Shown here piece by piece: positions 34,455 to 47,873 of a stretch of 64,000 nt of DNA. The position numbers and the translations under genes are program-made. The DNA is from Amoebophrya sp. A120 (Eukaryota > Protista > Dinoflagellata). Below the pieces are notes generated by a model. That model was not told the DNA's origin. It made no database searches and worked only from the letters and a program-made list of their open reading frames with translations. The DNA lies in assembly GCA_905178155.1 (NCBI GenBank), contig CAJINV010000002.1:11971102-12035101 (forward strand). The letters are read 5' to 3'. Position 1 is the first letter of the stretch. Each line of letters begins with the position of its first letter.

Positions 34455-35225
34455 TCGCATAAATCTTTGTACGTTTTAATAGTACGAAAATGATGAAAAT
34501 GAGGTGCGAGAGCGAGAGCGATCATTTCTTTGATTAATGACGCGCAACTTTTCAATTTCAAGTGATAGTACAGATCGATGCTGTTTGCTTGTTTTATTTG
34601 TTTGGTGTTGATGGAGCCGCGTCGTTCCGGTTGAAAGCCTCAAGAAATTTAATGGAAGGACAACATACATTCCACGACGCGCGGGCGCGATGGAGCATTT
34701 TGACTCCCAGCGAACGAACGCGAACTCTATTTGATAGATTGATTACCTATGCGTCTAAGAAAACTAGCCGGGCCGTTTCTTGACGTCCCCGGTTCGCAGA
34801 AATTTTCTTACGTACGGGTTTCTTCACAAGGAAGTGATGAAATTGCGACACGCGCAGCGACAACATTTGCGACAGCGATGTGCTTCATCTTGCCGAAGAG
34901 GTACAACAGCGAACCTATCGAAACCTATTGAAAGTGCGTTCACCGAGATCAAGCTTTTGATTGTATTTGATACCAACCTGTATGGCAGCTTTAATCTCTA
35001 TTGCTGCACCCTCGCACGGAAGTGTACGCTAAGTAGCCCTAGCAACGTCTAGTTGTTGAAATTTCTCCACGCCTTTGATATCTGATTCACTACTGATTTT
35101 TAGCCAACGGAAACAACACTGACTTGTCCGTTTTTGAGTTGTCTCCTTGTTTGTCGTGTCAAAATTTCTTTTCACGTAGAATTGTTATTCGAAAAATCTT
35201 CACGAAAACGAAAACCAACCTGACC

Positions 35226-36098
35226 ATGGATTGTTATTGTAAAAGGAAAAGGTCGGTTCCGGTTGTCAAAACGATCTTGACAGCCACTTATTGTTATTCT
35301 CTGGCAACCGCGGTAACCGCTGCCTTTGTAGTTCCCCAGCCGGAGCCGGACTACAAGCGACCACGTATTGACGAAGTACTCCGCCCCCGGTATGGAAGCA
35401 GTATGATGAATTACTCGGGCAGTAAGAAGAAGAACCATCAGTTTTTATTCACAACTAACGAAGATGAACCACATGCACAAGCAGGTGGCGGTGTTGCTGA
35501 AGATATTTCCATGCACCACGCGCAATACCGAAGCTGCGAAGAGCGACTACAAACTCACCACACCGCTACTACTACTACCGAGCAACCGAACTGGCAGCCT
35601 GCCGCGTCTCCACCAGCCTCGCCTGCCACGTCATCTGCGTCAACACCTTGCCCTCCGGCATTCAAATTTGACCGTCGTGGCAGCGGTTCGCAAGACCCGG
35701 AACAACTGCAACAGCCGTCGCAGCAAAATGGACATGCATCATTCCTAGAGAGGAAAGCAAAGGCTCCAAGACTCCAGGATGATAGGACCTCCACGTCGGG
35801 CGAAGTACACACCTACAGCACTGTCCTTCCAACATCCGACCAGAACATGGGCGCTCGTGATGGCGTGGGACCAGCGCAGCTACCAAAGCCGGCGGAGCTG
35901 GGAGAGGACCGCAATAGCGCGGCGAGCCTTGTCCTTCCAGGATCGGGCGGTCGCGCCAGACCGGGACCACTTTTGGCGACAGCGCTGAGTCTGCCGACGC
36001 CCTGGCAGACGTCGGACCCGGACCTTCAGCCGCAGGGGCTACATGACCTCTACGGAGACTTGCCCCCAGCCTTCTTTGAGTTTGGCATGGGCGGATGA
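35226..36098 (+). CDS. Hypothetical, probably secreted, low-complexity protein
   Basis: Open frame from the first ATG, with a hydrophobic N-terminal segment (ILTATYCYSLATAVTAAFVV) and an SFLE motif. Confidence 0.55.
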   Translation: MDCYCKRKRSVPVVKTILTATYCYSLATAVTAAFVVPQPEPDYKRPRIDEVLRPRYGSSMMNYSGSKKKNHQFLFTTNEDEPHAQAGGGVAEDISMHHAQYRSCEERLQTHHTATTTTEQPNWQPAASPPASPATSSASTPCPPAFKFDRRGSGSQDPEQLQQPSQQNGHASFLERKAKAPRLQDDRTSTSGEVHTYSTVLPTSDQNMGARDGVGPAQLPKPAELGEDRNSAASLVLPGSGGRARPGPLLATALSLPTPWQTSDPDLQPQGLHDLYGDLPPAFFEFGMGG

Positions 36099-37071
36099 TG
36101 TTTTACCTTTTTACTTTTATAAATAAAGATAAGTATATGTTTTGCTTTTGCACCACTGTGCATAAGATCACGACGCACTTAACAACTGATCCTCAACTTG
36201 AGATGCTCTGGCCTGTTGTCTATAACTCGAGAAAAGAAGCGCAGCCATGCTTCACCATTCAGTTTTCTTTCACTTTGTTCATCGACTTGTTGATACCTGT
36301 ACATAAATTTTTCGGCCATCATCTCTTGGACATAAATTGTTCGGCCACGTATACGTTAGTTAGTACGCGCGGAGTCACTTACCGTACTCAAGAAGAAAGC
36401 TGTTGTGGCTGCTCCTTGAAATACTTTGTATACCATAGACTCAGGCATGATGAATCTTATTTTGGATATCGGATTAGGCTTAGATTTGTCCTGGCTCAGG
36501 TGGATTGTCATAACGTATAACCGCACGACTGTGCATACATATAGCGAACAGACTTTCAAAAAATTATATCGGACCACAAAAAAATAAAGGAAGCCTCACA
36601 GAATAGGGAGGAGGTGCAGAAATTGTGAGCACGACTTGATTGGTGATTTTGCTCAACGAGTGTATGTAAAGCAGATCACTTCACGCACACAAGACAAACT
36701 TCACTTCACAAGTGTGCGTAAAGCTAAAAGAACTAGAAGGTGCGTTTTCATATTTTCTATTTTGCTCGAAGAAGACCAGGATTAGGGGATAGAGTGGAGC
36801 AAGCAATGACGAGCACACTTGTGCCAACTAGTTGTATCAATTGCTTTTGAAAATGAAAACACAGGAAACTCGCTCCCGCGTAAAGATGATCCGCATTTAT
36901 GGAAACCAAACTCAGGGGGGTCGACGTGTGGTGAAAATTTTGCTAGTGGAACTTGAAGGACAGAAGCTCACAGAAAGAAGTGCGGCATGGTCCAAGCTTT
37001 CCCTGAAGAGACGACGTTATTTTTCCGAATTATTTCGCGATGTCGATCATGTGCATTAGCGAAAGGAAGAA

Positions 37072-37122
37072 AAAAGCAACGATATACGACTATAATAAAA
37101 AAGCAACGATATACGACTATAA
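37072..37122. repeat. 24-bp tandem duplication
   Basis: AAAAGCAACGATATACGACTATAAT occurs twice. Confidence 0.8.
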
Positions 37123-37880
37123 TGGAGCTGCAAGCTTCAGCCTTTTCATACAGTGTATGAAAATAAAACTCATTTCTTTGACGAACTGCTATCGCTTGAG
37201 AATGAGAAAACAAAAAGACCGAAAGCACTTGAAGAAAATAAAACTGAACTATGGGGCAAGCGTTGATCAAATCGTTAGTTGCTGTTTAACAAAAGTTCCG
37301 CCCTTTTCTTGGTGAAGAAGGTGGACAGATGGAATGCGAGATAACAAAGAAATGAATCCTCAAGCCGTTTGCTACTTTGCTTAGCCCCCCACAAATAATC
37401 CGGGGATGACTTTGCGAGGATTGCGGACACCTTTGTTGCGATATTTCATCGAGCCGCTTGCAGCTAGATTGCTCAGCACACCAGAAAAACACTCGGGGGC
37501 AGCTCAATGCTGAAAAGATCTTCAGAAAAAACAGCTTCACTACATGGAGCCCCGTGCTGGGTAATACCACTACTAGTAGTACTGTCTGCAGAATCAACAT
37601 CGTGGCAACTCTCACTGGGCTGGATCGGGGATCGATCGCATTATCGAATTCTGACCCGTTTTACTGGCTAATATCTTCAGGGCAGAGACAATAAAAACGA
37701 AACCGACCACGGAATTGTGATATAACGTTCAAACTCTCATATTTGTACGGCATTGCACTCGCTTCACCGGATTGATTCGTCGACATCGTGAAAGAACAGA
37801 CGTGGGAATTTTCAAGAATTCGTATTTTGACAATTTGTAGTTTTCCAACAACGTATGCGTATCAACATCGACCAGTCAAC

Positions 37881-40277
37881 ATGGCAGAAACATTCCCTAG
37901 TAGTACTGGTGTTTTTTCTTCCTTAGCGGAACTTCCAGCACACCTGCCGGTTGTATTGGAGGGGCAACTACCGCTTTTGTTGCCGCTGAAGGTCGGAAGA
38001 AAAATGCTATACGACGCAGGAGCGGTGTTCCGGCGCAGCGTGGACGACGTTTCGCATTTGCCCGTGGCGGTGCAGGAACTTTTCGCCTCGGTGCCGAAGG
38101 GAGCACTGCCACCCGCGGAAATTTTGCTGACGCTCGGCTGGCTGTTTTTCAATATTCTGTTCAGCTACCTCGGGTTTTCCGTGCTGCTCCAGCCTCGAAG
38201 TAGACCAGAGGTCTCGACCGTGGACGACGATGCTTCTAAAGGTTCAGCTGCAGCCACTTCTGCCAGCGACTCTTCCAGGTCGGCGCCTCCTGGCAAGAAG
38301 AACCAGGGCAACTACACCAAGAATGGCACTGCGGAGGACCCCAACAAGTCTTCAGCGTCCGACATGTTCACCATTCCGCCTTTGATTGATCTGAGCGAGA
38401 CGAGAAGCAGGACGAACAACCTGCTATTCTTCCGCCGCACGATTTTCGCCCTGGTACTGGGCGTTGTGCCGATTTACGTCGTGTACAGTTCGGTGTTCCT
38501 GCAGCCGTTCCTGATCTTTCTGTTTTGCAGCTCCGTCGCGGTCCTGTACTTCCCCCCGGTGCTCACGACCCTGATCGCCATTGCCGTGCTGAGTTGGTGC
38601 CACCTGAACGTGATGGGGAGCATGGGCCGTGGCGCCGACGCCAACGCGGACGTGGCGGGGGCAGCTTCGGACCACACCGACTACAGCGACCCAAGCGGGA
38701 TTTTCATGCTGTTTTGCGTGCGGCTGTCGCAGGCCGCGTGGGAGGTCTACGACGGAAAGATGCTGGCGCGAAACCCGACCAGCCCCCTGTCCGCGAACCC
38801 GAAGGTGGACCAGTTTCGCCGCACGCGGGCGGTGGTGCCGCCGGAGAGACCAACGGTGTCTTGGATTCTGGTGTTTTCCGCCTTCTGCGTGTTCTTCCCC
38901 GGAATTTTAGTGGGGCCCTCCGGCGGCCTGCGCGATTTTGTCGACTTTCTCGACATCGCGGGCAGCTGCAACGACGGCAGTGCCGCCAAAATGAACTTGT
39001 CCCGTCGTCCCGTGAACAAGCTGAAGATCTTGAAGCTCATCTTCACCGCCCTTACGTGCGCTGCGATCTACCAGGCGGCCAACGTGGTCCTTCCACTGAA
39101 CCGGGACATCCTCGACAACTACTTGCCCACCCTGCCGGTGGTCCTGCGGATTCTGTACCTGACCTTCTCCGTGGACGGCTTTCGCTACAAGTACTACCTG
39201 GTCTGGTCTCTCTCCCTCGCGGCCTCAACCGCGAGCGGGTTCTCGACTGACGACAACGACAAAAACGCGCAGAACGTGGACATCGTGCGCGTGGAAACGT
39301 TATCCAATGCAAAAATGTCTGGGTCTGGAAGAATACGCGATTTGTCATGCAGCTTTTCCATGACACCCATGAGGTCTGGAATGCAGGACCTAGCATGACA
39401 GATTCTGTGCGATCTCTCTCATGCCTATTCTGCATGAGAAACCCCCTCCCGACTTGGTCAAAACTGGACGACTTTTGGTAATCATGCAACACAGATTTTT
39501 GCATGCTGCGGATTTAGCATGACAAGTTGCAATCTTCCAGACCCAGACATTTTTACATTTGATAAACGTCCACCGCCATGGCGGACATGCTGGTCGGGTG
39601 GAACACCAGTGTGAGCTTGTGGCTGAATATGGAAAGAAAAAAGTTTGTCACAGTCACTAACGTGCAGGTTTTGCATGATAAATTTTTCCCGCATCACAGG
39701 TTTTTCTTGTATTGCAGAAACACTAAGGAAATCCCTTATGAAGTTTGGCTGTGATGCATTTTTACGCATGACAGACAGTTTTGTATTGCAAAAATGCGCA
39801 TGAGTGATCGTGACGAACTTTTTTTGTTTGATACTCAAGTGCTCGGTGTTCGAACGTGTAATGGACAGCAGAGTGATCAACCGGTTCTTCCCCAAGTCAA
39901 AAAAACTGCTCGCGACTACCATCACCCGCATCTTCTCCGCGGTCTGGCACGGCTTCCGTTCGGGGTACTACTTGTTCTTCCTCTCAACCGTGCTGGTCAC
40001 CGTGTCCGAGGCCCACCCGGTGCTGCGGTGGCTGGAGGCGAAAGCGCCACTGGTCAAGTGGCTCCTGCATGCCATGTTCTTCAATGTGGTTGCGGTGCCC
40101 TTCGTTGTGCTGACCTGGCAAGACTCCTTGAAGGCCTGGAATTTGGTCTACTACTCCGCTCACATAGTCATGCTAGGCTTCATCGCCTCGCAGCAATTCT
40201 CGAAGTTCTCCAGCTGGAAGCTACCCCCGAGGGCGGGGGAGGAGATCAAGCAAGGGGAAGGGAAAAAGGAGAAGTGA
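37881..40277 (+). CDS. MBOAT-family lysophospholipid acyltransferase (exons 37881-39300, 39570-39627, 39839-40277; 638 aa)
   Basis: Multiple TM segments, FFPGILVGP and RYKYYLVW. The conserved WNTSVSLWLK lies on the 58-nt exon between two introners, followed by the catalytic-His motif SAVWHG and GYYLFF. Confidence 0.9.
39301..39564. mobile_element. Introner family A (264 bp) in MBOAT
   Basis: TATCCAATGCAAAAATGTCTGGGTCTGGAAGA...TCTTCCAGACCCAGACATTTTTACATTTGATA; direct repeat AACGT/AACGT. Confidence 0.92.
39628..39833. mobile_element. Introner family B (206 bp) in MBOAT
   Basis: TATGGAAAGAAAAAAGTTTGTCAC...GTGACGAACTTTTTTTGTTTGATA; direct repeat CTGAA/CTCAA; removal gives WLKCSVFERV. Confidence 0.92.
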
Positions 40278-41269
40278 ACGAACAAGAAGTGCAACGCGTA
40301 CGACACCAAATCAATCTATTATACTGGAGGGCATGGGTGTCCGATGATATTGTATTTGTGTTGTTATGTATATGTATTAATTAAACTACCAAGTAAATAA
40401 TTATAATTTCTGTTTTGTACAGTACATGCCGTTGTTCTCAACAACCTGCATGTCCAAGAAGTATGTAGTGAGACACGGCTAGTAAGTAGCAGGATAGGCT
40501 ACAGTGTGTATCAAAAGCCAAATCATCATCAAGAGAACCAACATCATCGAGAATTGTGCCGGGCGATGAGATGAAGTATTGGCAACATGCAACAAAGCAT
40601 TCGAAATAAATAGAACAGAGCGACAGGAGTGGCGAGCCAGAAGTGTATCAACCCACCAGAGAACAACAGGGCGAATGCCTTTGCCTTTCTTGGCGAGAAG
40701 AGCAAGAAACTCCATGACCGTGGCGTGGTATCCCCCACCGTGTGGCTCCATCGACATTCAATTTTAGACAAAAGGAAGAATTGAGAGCCTCTGCTGCATT
40801 TTTTTTCTTAGATAAAATCGAAATTTGTTCATTTCGCATACGTCGATTTGGTTTGTATGAGGACGAGTGTAGTTGGAAGTTGGAGAGTACAGTACGAAAA
40901 ACGTTGATGACAGGCACGACGTCTTGATTTTGAGAGAGGTTGGAGCTTCATCGTATCTATGGGGTGAATAAGCGTTTGCACAGCTTTAGCTTTTTTCTCG
41001 TTGTCCTCGCTCGTGTTCGTCTGTCGTGTACAACCGTGGGAAATTCCTTCTGAGCGGGGCATGTGATGCACTACGATAGTTTTGTCGTCCATACACATGG
41101 AATAGCATGGATGTGTAGAAACAAAACGACACCGCAACGAACCAATAACATAAGTTTTTCTCTATCCTCGCGTTGGTTCGATCTTCGATTTCGGAACAAC
41201 TGTGTAACTTTCTAATAGGGTGTAGAAAGAAAAGCTCTTTTTTTTCGGTGCCCAGGCAGGTCTGAGAAA

Positions 41270-44200
41270 ATGGGTGCTGAAGAGACTGCCGCTTTGGCGG
41301 ATACCGTTGAGACGGGTCCATCGACCGATGACTTCGTCGCACTCAACTACTTGGCGCCGGGCGTATCAAGCAAGGTATACAAGTACAAAAGTCTGTGGTC
41401 CTTAGTCCTGGCTGTACCATTTTTTTTTTCGCAAGCAGCGCGTCTGCATGAAGATGAAGTAAGTAACTCCGGTTGCATGCATGACGATGACACGCAAGAC
41501 CAAGAACGACACCAAGAAAGGTACTTATCGTGAGGCATTGATTTGACAAAGCCTGTCATTGTTTCTGTTTCACATCCGGACAAAGCAACGATTTGTTTCT
41601 CTCACACCAGATTGCCCGCAAGCGCGCAGAGGAAATGGAGAGAAGAAAGCGGATACTCAACGCCAAAGTGCGCACGATCGGCGTCGACAAGGAGACGCTC
41701 GACGCACAGGTCGCAATGAAGAAGGAGTCCGACGCGTTTGAGAAGGAACTCACAAGAGCGTACTTGATGCATAGATGCATTTATTCATGTTTGCAAATAA
41801 TTTCTTTGAATTTTTCACTCAACGGTGATGCTGGATGTGATTTGAGATTGTCGAGATGGTAAACCGCAATTGAGTCCTGATTTCTTAGATTTTCTTCATG
41901 CGATTTTTTCTGACATTGTGCAGAGGCAGACCAGTCTGTCACTTTTAGATTCGATCATGACCATGATGAAGTTTCGACATGAAATGCAACAAGACGTTCA
42001 AACAAAAACAGGGAGGAAGAGGCCGTCTTAGCAGTGGATAATCAGTTGAAGATGTTGGAGGTAGAGAGAAAAAGATTGCACACCGAGGCTACCAGGGACG
42101 TCGTTGCATGGAACGCAAAAATGAATACCAAAGAAGGCCGACGAGAATACGCCCTGTCGGACCCAAATCAACTGAAAAAGGAGAAGGCACTACCGGATGA
42201 AATGCTCGGAGTACTTTCATTTTCCGCGTTGCCTGGTTTGATAATGATACCTATAGAGCTTTTGCATTTTTCTTTTTGTATGGATCATCCATCACAATAC
42301 TTAGTTACTGTGTGTCATTGACTCAGGTCTCATCTTTGTGCAAATTCGCGGGTGAGGACCCAGGAAAGGCGGTCCGTGTGAAGGCACAGCATGCACAGCA
42401 ACGCAATTGGCTCGAGCAGCAGGTTTACGAGAAAAAAATGCTTAGCGAACTCGAAAAATCCAGCGATGCCGACTTCGCAGCATCACAGAAGGACTTGTTG
42501 TCGCTGAGGACGCGTAATATTTTGCACCTTGGATAATTCTTTTAGCTTTAGACAATGTTTCTATGTATGTGAATGAGTTGGTCAGTTTATACATTTGGGT
42601 TTTGATGAATGACTTCACCTTTGAAAAACAAAAAGCCCAGCGCATGCACGAGAGAGAAAGAAAAAATGAAAATCCGCAACAGAAATCGAGAAAGAGGAAA
42701 TCCAGTTACGAAAGGACGTCACCGCTTCGGCCCTTGAATACAACGCAAACAAGAGGAAAGAAACAGAAGAAGAAAGAGAAAAGTACGTTATACTCTTTTG
42801 TTCCTCTATGAAAATACTCCTCTTGAAATAATTTTGCCAATTCAATCAACATCAAATAAAAATCAAAGTCCCACTTTGGTGATAACCAAAAAAATCATTT
42901 CAAGGAACCGGTTCCAGCGCACTTTGGAGGAGAAAATCGCGGACTACCGAGAAAACACTTTCATCGCAACGGACCCCTTCACAAACGAAACCACGCCGCA
43001 GATCTGCCCCAACGGGCGCATCCGGCGAGACCACTTCCGGGGCCTCGGAAAGGAGTATTACTACCACACTGCGGACGTGCAGCGGCACCAGGCAGAATAC
43101 GGCGCCGAGCTCGCAAAAGCGCTCGTACAACAATTTGGCGCTGCTGTTGCACAAGCACTTCGACTTCTATACGATGATTTCGTTCGTTTTGTTAATTATG
43201 AGAGTGCATAAAATGAATTATTGCAGTGAGTTAGAGCTAGAGGTTGAACTAGTAAAGCACTACCATTACCCATTAGAGGCTCGAACGCACTCGACCCTAC
43301 TTCTTCTCTGACAACAGAAAGCGGAAGATCTGGCCCACGATGCTGTGGCGGAGGAAACGAGAAGAACGTTGGTCGGGTTGGAAAAGGAGAGGCTGAAAAC
43401 CCACAAAGAAACTGTCTACGACGAACTCCACACGAACGTCATCGACCCAGACAAAGCGAAGAAGAACAAGGTATGGATTGGTTTCATAGTAGAACTAAGC
43501 CTCGAATAAAACCGCAACTCGAAAAAATATCAAAGTGCCCCTGTGAAAGGTGTGACGAAAATAATGTATGAGTAGATGAATCAAGTGAAACTAGAACTAC
43601 TTCTTCGTTGACGTTGAGTAGATGGAACGTTCGGGCATGATAAGGGAGGCCGTGAGGCGTGCCTGCGCTGTACTGACGTCCCGTACCGTGCGCGTTTTTC
43701 GCTGCCCTGTGTGGTCTCTCTGTCTTTTGACGTGAAGATCTTCTCGAAAGACATTTCTTTTCCCGTGGACATTTCGCTCGCCTTGTCGCCGCCATCAGGT
43801 TTTCTGTTTGCATGGACGAACGCGACATCGACATTCTCAAACTTCTCAACCGACACTCTGTGCGGTGTCCGCATAACAGGTCGAAAAAGCCGACCTGGAC
43901 CGATTCCTGTCGGGATTCGGCTCCTCCTCGCGATAGACTCAACATGAGATTGTTGAAAAGTTCTTGTTTGACTAAAAAGAAGAATGAATCGGATTCGAAC
44001 ATCGGAAAGAAGATGCAGAAAATCTACATCTTCTCATCAACACAATCACCTACTTGCCCATAACCAATCGGCTTTGTGGAGCAAACTTCTACACGAGGGC
44101 AGGACGCAGAAACATCCATGTATGAAAGCCAGCTAAAATACATTTGATTGAATGAAACCTCGCAAAAAAAAATTGGGGTCGTCAGGCGTGAAGTTGTGAT

Positions 44201-44504
44201 AAACAAGGAGTGTGGGGCGGTTTGTTTTTCCGCGTTTTTTGGCATCATGCTACCAACGGTGCATGCTGCAATCGGTTTTTTTTTTCTAAGTTGGAGCGGC
44301 GATGCGGGAGCGATGATGACGGGCTGTCTGTCGTTGCCGGATTTATCTGCGGACGTCGAACAATCACATATACTGTGTACTATTCATGCCAGAGTCTTCA
44401 ATAAAAATATGAAAAACAAAATATATCTCGCAATGTAACAACAGGTGTCGTGTGGTGAAATCTTACCAGAATTCTTCAAGGGTTTTGGTGCTACCACCCG
44501 CTAA
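41270..44504 (+). CDS. RIB43A: RIB43A-like flagellar microtubule inner protein, multi-exon with canonical GT-AG introns
   Basis: Motifs RRKRILNAKVRTIGVDKETLDAQV, RREYALSDPNQLKKE, VSSLCKFAGED and RIRRDHFRGL. The last exon 44445-44504 encodes EFFKGFGATTR*. The GT-AG junctions are phase-consistent; an extra exon in 43471-44444 cannot be excluded. Confidence 0.85.
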
Positions 44505-46084
44505 ACGGACGAGACTACGTTGGTGTTTTTCAAGTAGATGTTGAAAAGCCGCAACTAAGGTTTGCCCACTCCGCCTTATCTTGGCTTTAGACCAACAAGA
44601 ACAACAGTATCTTCATCTTCAATTACGAGTCAAAATAGAACCTTACGCAACAAAGACATCCTCGCGAATCAGTTACCGAAACAAATATATATGTCATTAT
44701 CTAAATCATCAGACCGAGAATCAGAGAGACGAAAGCAATAGAAAACCGTTTCTTGAGTTGAATTTTACGCATCGGAGTTACGTGAGAACTCGAATAGCAG
44801 CATCAGATCGTTTTAAGGTAATCATCAGACAAGATGTCTCAAGACAAGTATCCGACAAATATCAGACGTTCAGCAATTTTATCAATCGTGTCGATGACGG
44901 TCATGTCCATTTCTTGTACCCTGGATGTGGAGACCAACTTGTGAAGCCGAGCTTGCAGTCACTAGAGCAACGAGCACGACTATTGTGGTGCCCATTGAAG
45001 CTTCAAACGACACTGAGTAGAACCTTATCAGACGAATTCGACTTTTCAGTATAGCTTAGTTACTAGAATTCAATAACCAGCAGTATCTCTTCGAACTTGA
45101 ATCAGACCACTTACACAAGGTCCGTATAAATATATTTCCTACATTTTGAACAGTTTGTTTGAACCGATTAAATGTAAATTCGAAACAGTACGAAAAACTC
45201 TACAAAAATCCGTAACCCGCGAGAGCAGGAGGCACGGAGGATATTTCAGAGACGTACCAGAAGCAGTAGGCTTCGGGAGCTTCCTCCTTCTCAACACTTA
45301 CAATATGTGAATCTCGATTGTTGTCTTCAAAATGCACACCTGTAATCCCAGGAGTGAACAGATTCGCTTTCGCCCTTGCTAGAACTATAGCCGAGTTGAT
45401 GTGTTAGTGTTTACCACCCGAATTTTTATACTGGAACTACTTGAAAATGAAAATGCACAGTGTCGCACGCAATGGAGTTTGCAATGATTTGAGTTGCGCG
45501 CCAGCCACTTCGTTCTTAGTGCATTGTATGCTTGCCACGATGTTGCTGGTCAGACGTAAATTTGTTATGTTCCTGTAGCAAATTAAGAACAAAAAGGCTG
45601 TCGTGGGCACATATTTTTGCAGAGAAAATTTTTATCTCCGGTAATTCTCAGAGAACCTGAAGCTGAACCAACTCAATAACAACCGAGGAATCCGTTCTAT
45701 TGCAAACTTGATCCGACATGCAAAGATCGCACCAGAGCGCAAACATGGACAGCAAACACGAAAAAAAAAAGATAAAGGAAGCTGATCTCATTTTCAAGCA
45801 AGGACCAGATCAGTTATTTGCTTCTCTGGCTTCAAAAACTTGCTCGTCGGACCCATTATTTTCAGAGAATGTATAGACAACACGCACCGTTGGTTTTGGA
45901 AAAAGAAACAAGATAAACTTTATTGGTTGCCGTCCCATTCTGTGAGGTGATGGCGCACTACAACGTGACTTAGCTTTCTTTTGACCGATAAAGGCCCGTT
46001 AAAGTAGACGATTTCACAGTGGTGTAAATAAACAGTAGGGTAATAAAATCAGTTCTAGTACGCCCCCCTCGTCTCCAAAAAGCC

Positions 46085-46631
46085 ATGTTCGGCTTCGGTC
46101 GACGATTGGTGAGCCTGAAGCACCTCCCGATGGGCATGTTCAGGGCGGTCGTTTACATGTGCATGGCAGCAGGGCTCCTGAATGGCTTCGCGAGGTATTC
46201 GATTTTTTGTTGGAAAAATAGTAGAAGATGAACGCAGCTCGAAAGAAAAACCGCTCCAAGTCCTTACAAATGTAGATGAAAAAACCAGGCACAACACGAC
46301 ATGTTGCACATATGATAACACATTCCTATTCAGATTCTGGCACTTTTGCACGTTCGAGGCGAGCCACTACCTACACGGCTGGGGTGTTTTCCAGACCGGC
46401 GCCGAAACCATCGGGCGGGCATTTCCAATGACGGAGGTGAACGGAGTGCGCTTCGACTTTAATCTACAGCACATCCTGATTTGCGCCATCATGATATGCA
46501 CACAGTACATGCACTACGGCAGGACAACGCGGGACATCATGGAAGAGGGCATTACGTTGACCAAAGAGGAGAAGAAGAAACGTGCCAAGGCAGAAGAGAA
46601 GAAAAGACGTGCCTTGGCAGCAGAGCTTTAG
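46085..46631 (+). CDS. Small hypothetical membrane protein (GT-AG intron 46195-46333)
   Basis: Phase-consistent join MFGFGRRL...GLLNGFAR|FWHFCTFEAS..., with two hydrophobic segments and a charged tail. Upstream exons are possible. Confidence 0.6.
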
Positions 46632-47873
46632 ATGAAGGCAAATCTTCATAATGAGTCTCTGTCTCACGAAGAAGAAGAAGGACCCCTTTATGGAGATTCT
46701 GATTTGTCAATCCTGAAGATCATTTGCTTTATTTCCGCGCAGCGCTAACTACCCCCTTTGGCTGTCCCCCGACGGCCCTTCGACAGATCTGTACTAGGAC
46801 GACTGTGGACAACATCCCTCCGAATGAACAATCACCACATATGGAAGCTACACACGGACGCATCCGTTAATTTATTTGCTAGCATTTGCATCGTGCTTTT
46901 CCTTTTTGTCCCCGTTCCAACAGAGAAAATCACTCGGTAATGTCTTCGGTGCACCGTCGCCGTTGCTTCAAGATTGTCGGTTACGTGTTTTGTAGATGAA
47001 GATGAAGTGCCCTTCAACGAAAGGGTAATTTCGTGCCCTTCAACGACGGGACTATTGACGAAAAGGAGAAGGAGATCGTCGTCATCGAGGACGACGGAAC
47101 ACAAAGTGAGTCCGGGATCAGCAGCGGCGAGGAGCGACGGCGGCGGGAGTACGATAGGAAGAAGCGGGAGAAGAAGGGCCATACTTCAGCTTCGGAAGGT
47201 CGGGAAAACGGACAAAGTCGGCGCGCTGGTAGCCTCTCGGGTGGATCGCGGGACATCGTCGTCGTCCAGCAATGTCGCAGGCCCATCCGCCGTGCCGCCG
47301 TGCCGCAGTTCGTCCAGCAATGTCACTCCCACAGCCGCAGTTCGTTTCAAGGTGGTAGCTAGACCTGATTTATCTAGCTAGCCCAGCCCTTATGGCAGAA
47401 GAAGACGGAGGGCAGCACGGGCGTTTGCTACCTACTTTAGTATGTAGGTGTGGTTCTCGAGCAACTTCAGCGACTTTGGCACAGTATTCTAATCGATATT
47501 GGCACCACAGGTCTCGTCCGAGCTCGGCGCGCTATGGCTCTCCGACATACGATAGGGCCGGCGATTGGCCTCATGGATGCGCACGCGCAAGAAGACCTCG
47601 GTCGGCGATGTTAAGTAAATACCGCAGCGACGAGCGGGCAGCGTGGTTTTTGGCGGGGCTGCCATCTTATCTTGGCCAAAAACCTACCCACCCCCGCGGA
47701 CTCATTGGGAGAAGCCCAGCGAAGGCCCCGACTCCTCGTGTGGGCCTGTCCGAGTACGGCCTTTTCGGTCACCTTGTTGTAATGTTGCGTCCGTCATCCT
47801 TCATGTGCATGCTTGTATTATACTCTGTTTGCGCTGGTGAAGTAGAACTAGAACTGCCAGCATCATCTTCATC

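Noticed and set aside
44581-45054. 157-codon ORF downstream of RIB43A
   Set aside because: It is AT-rich, has no ATG start and has no motif.
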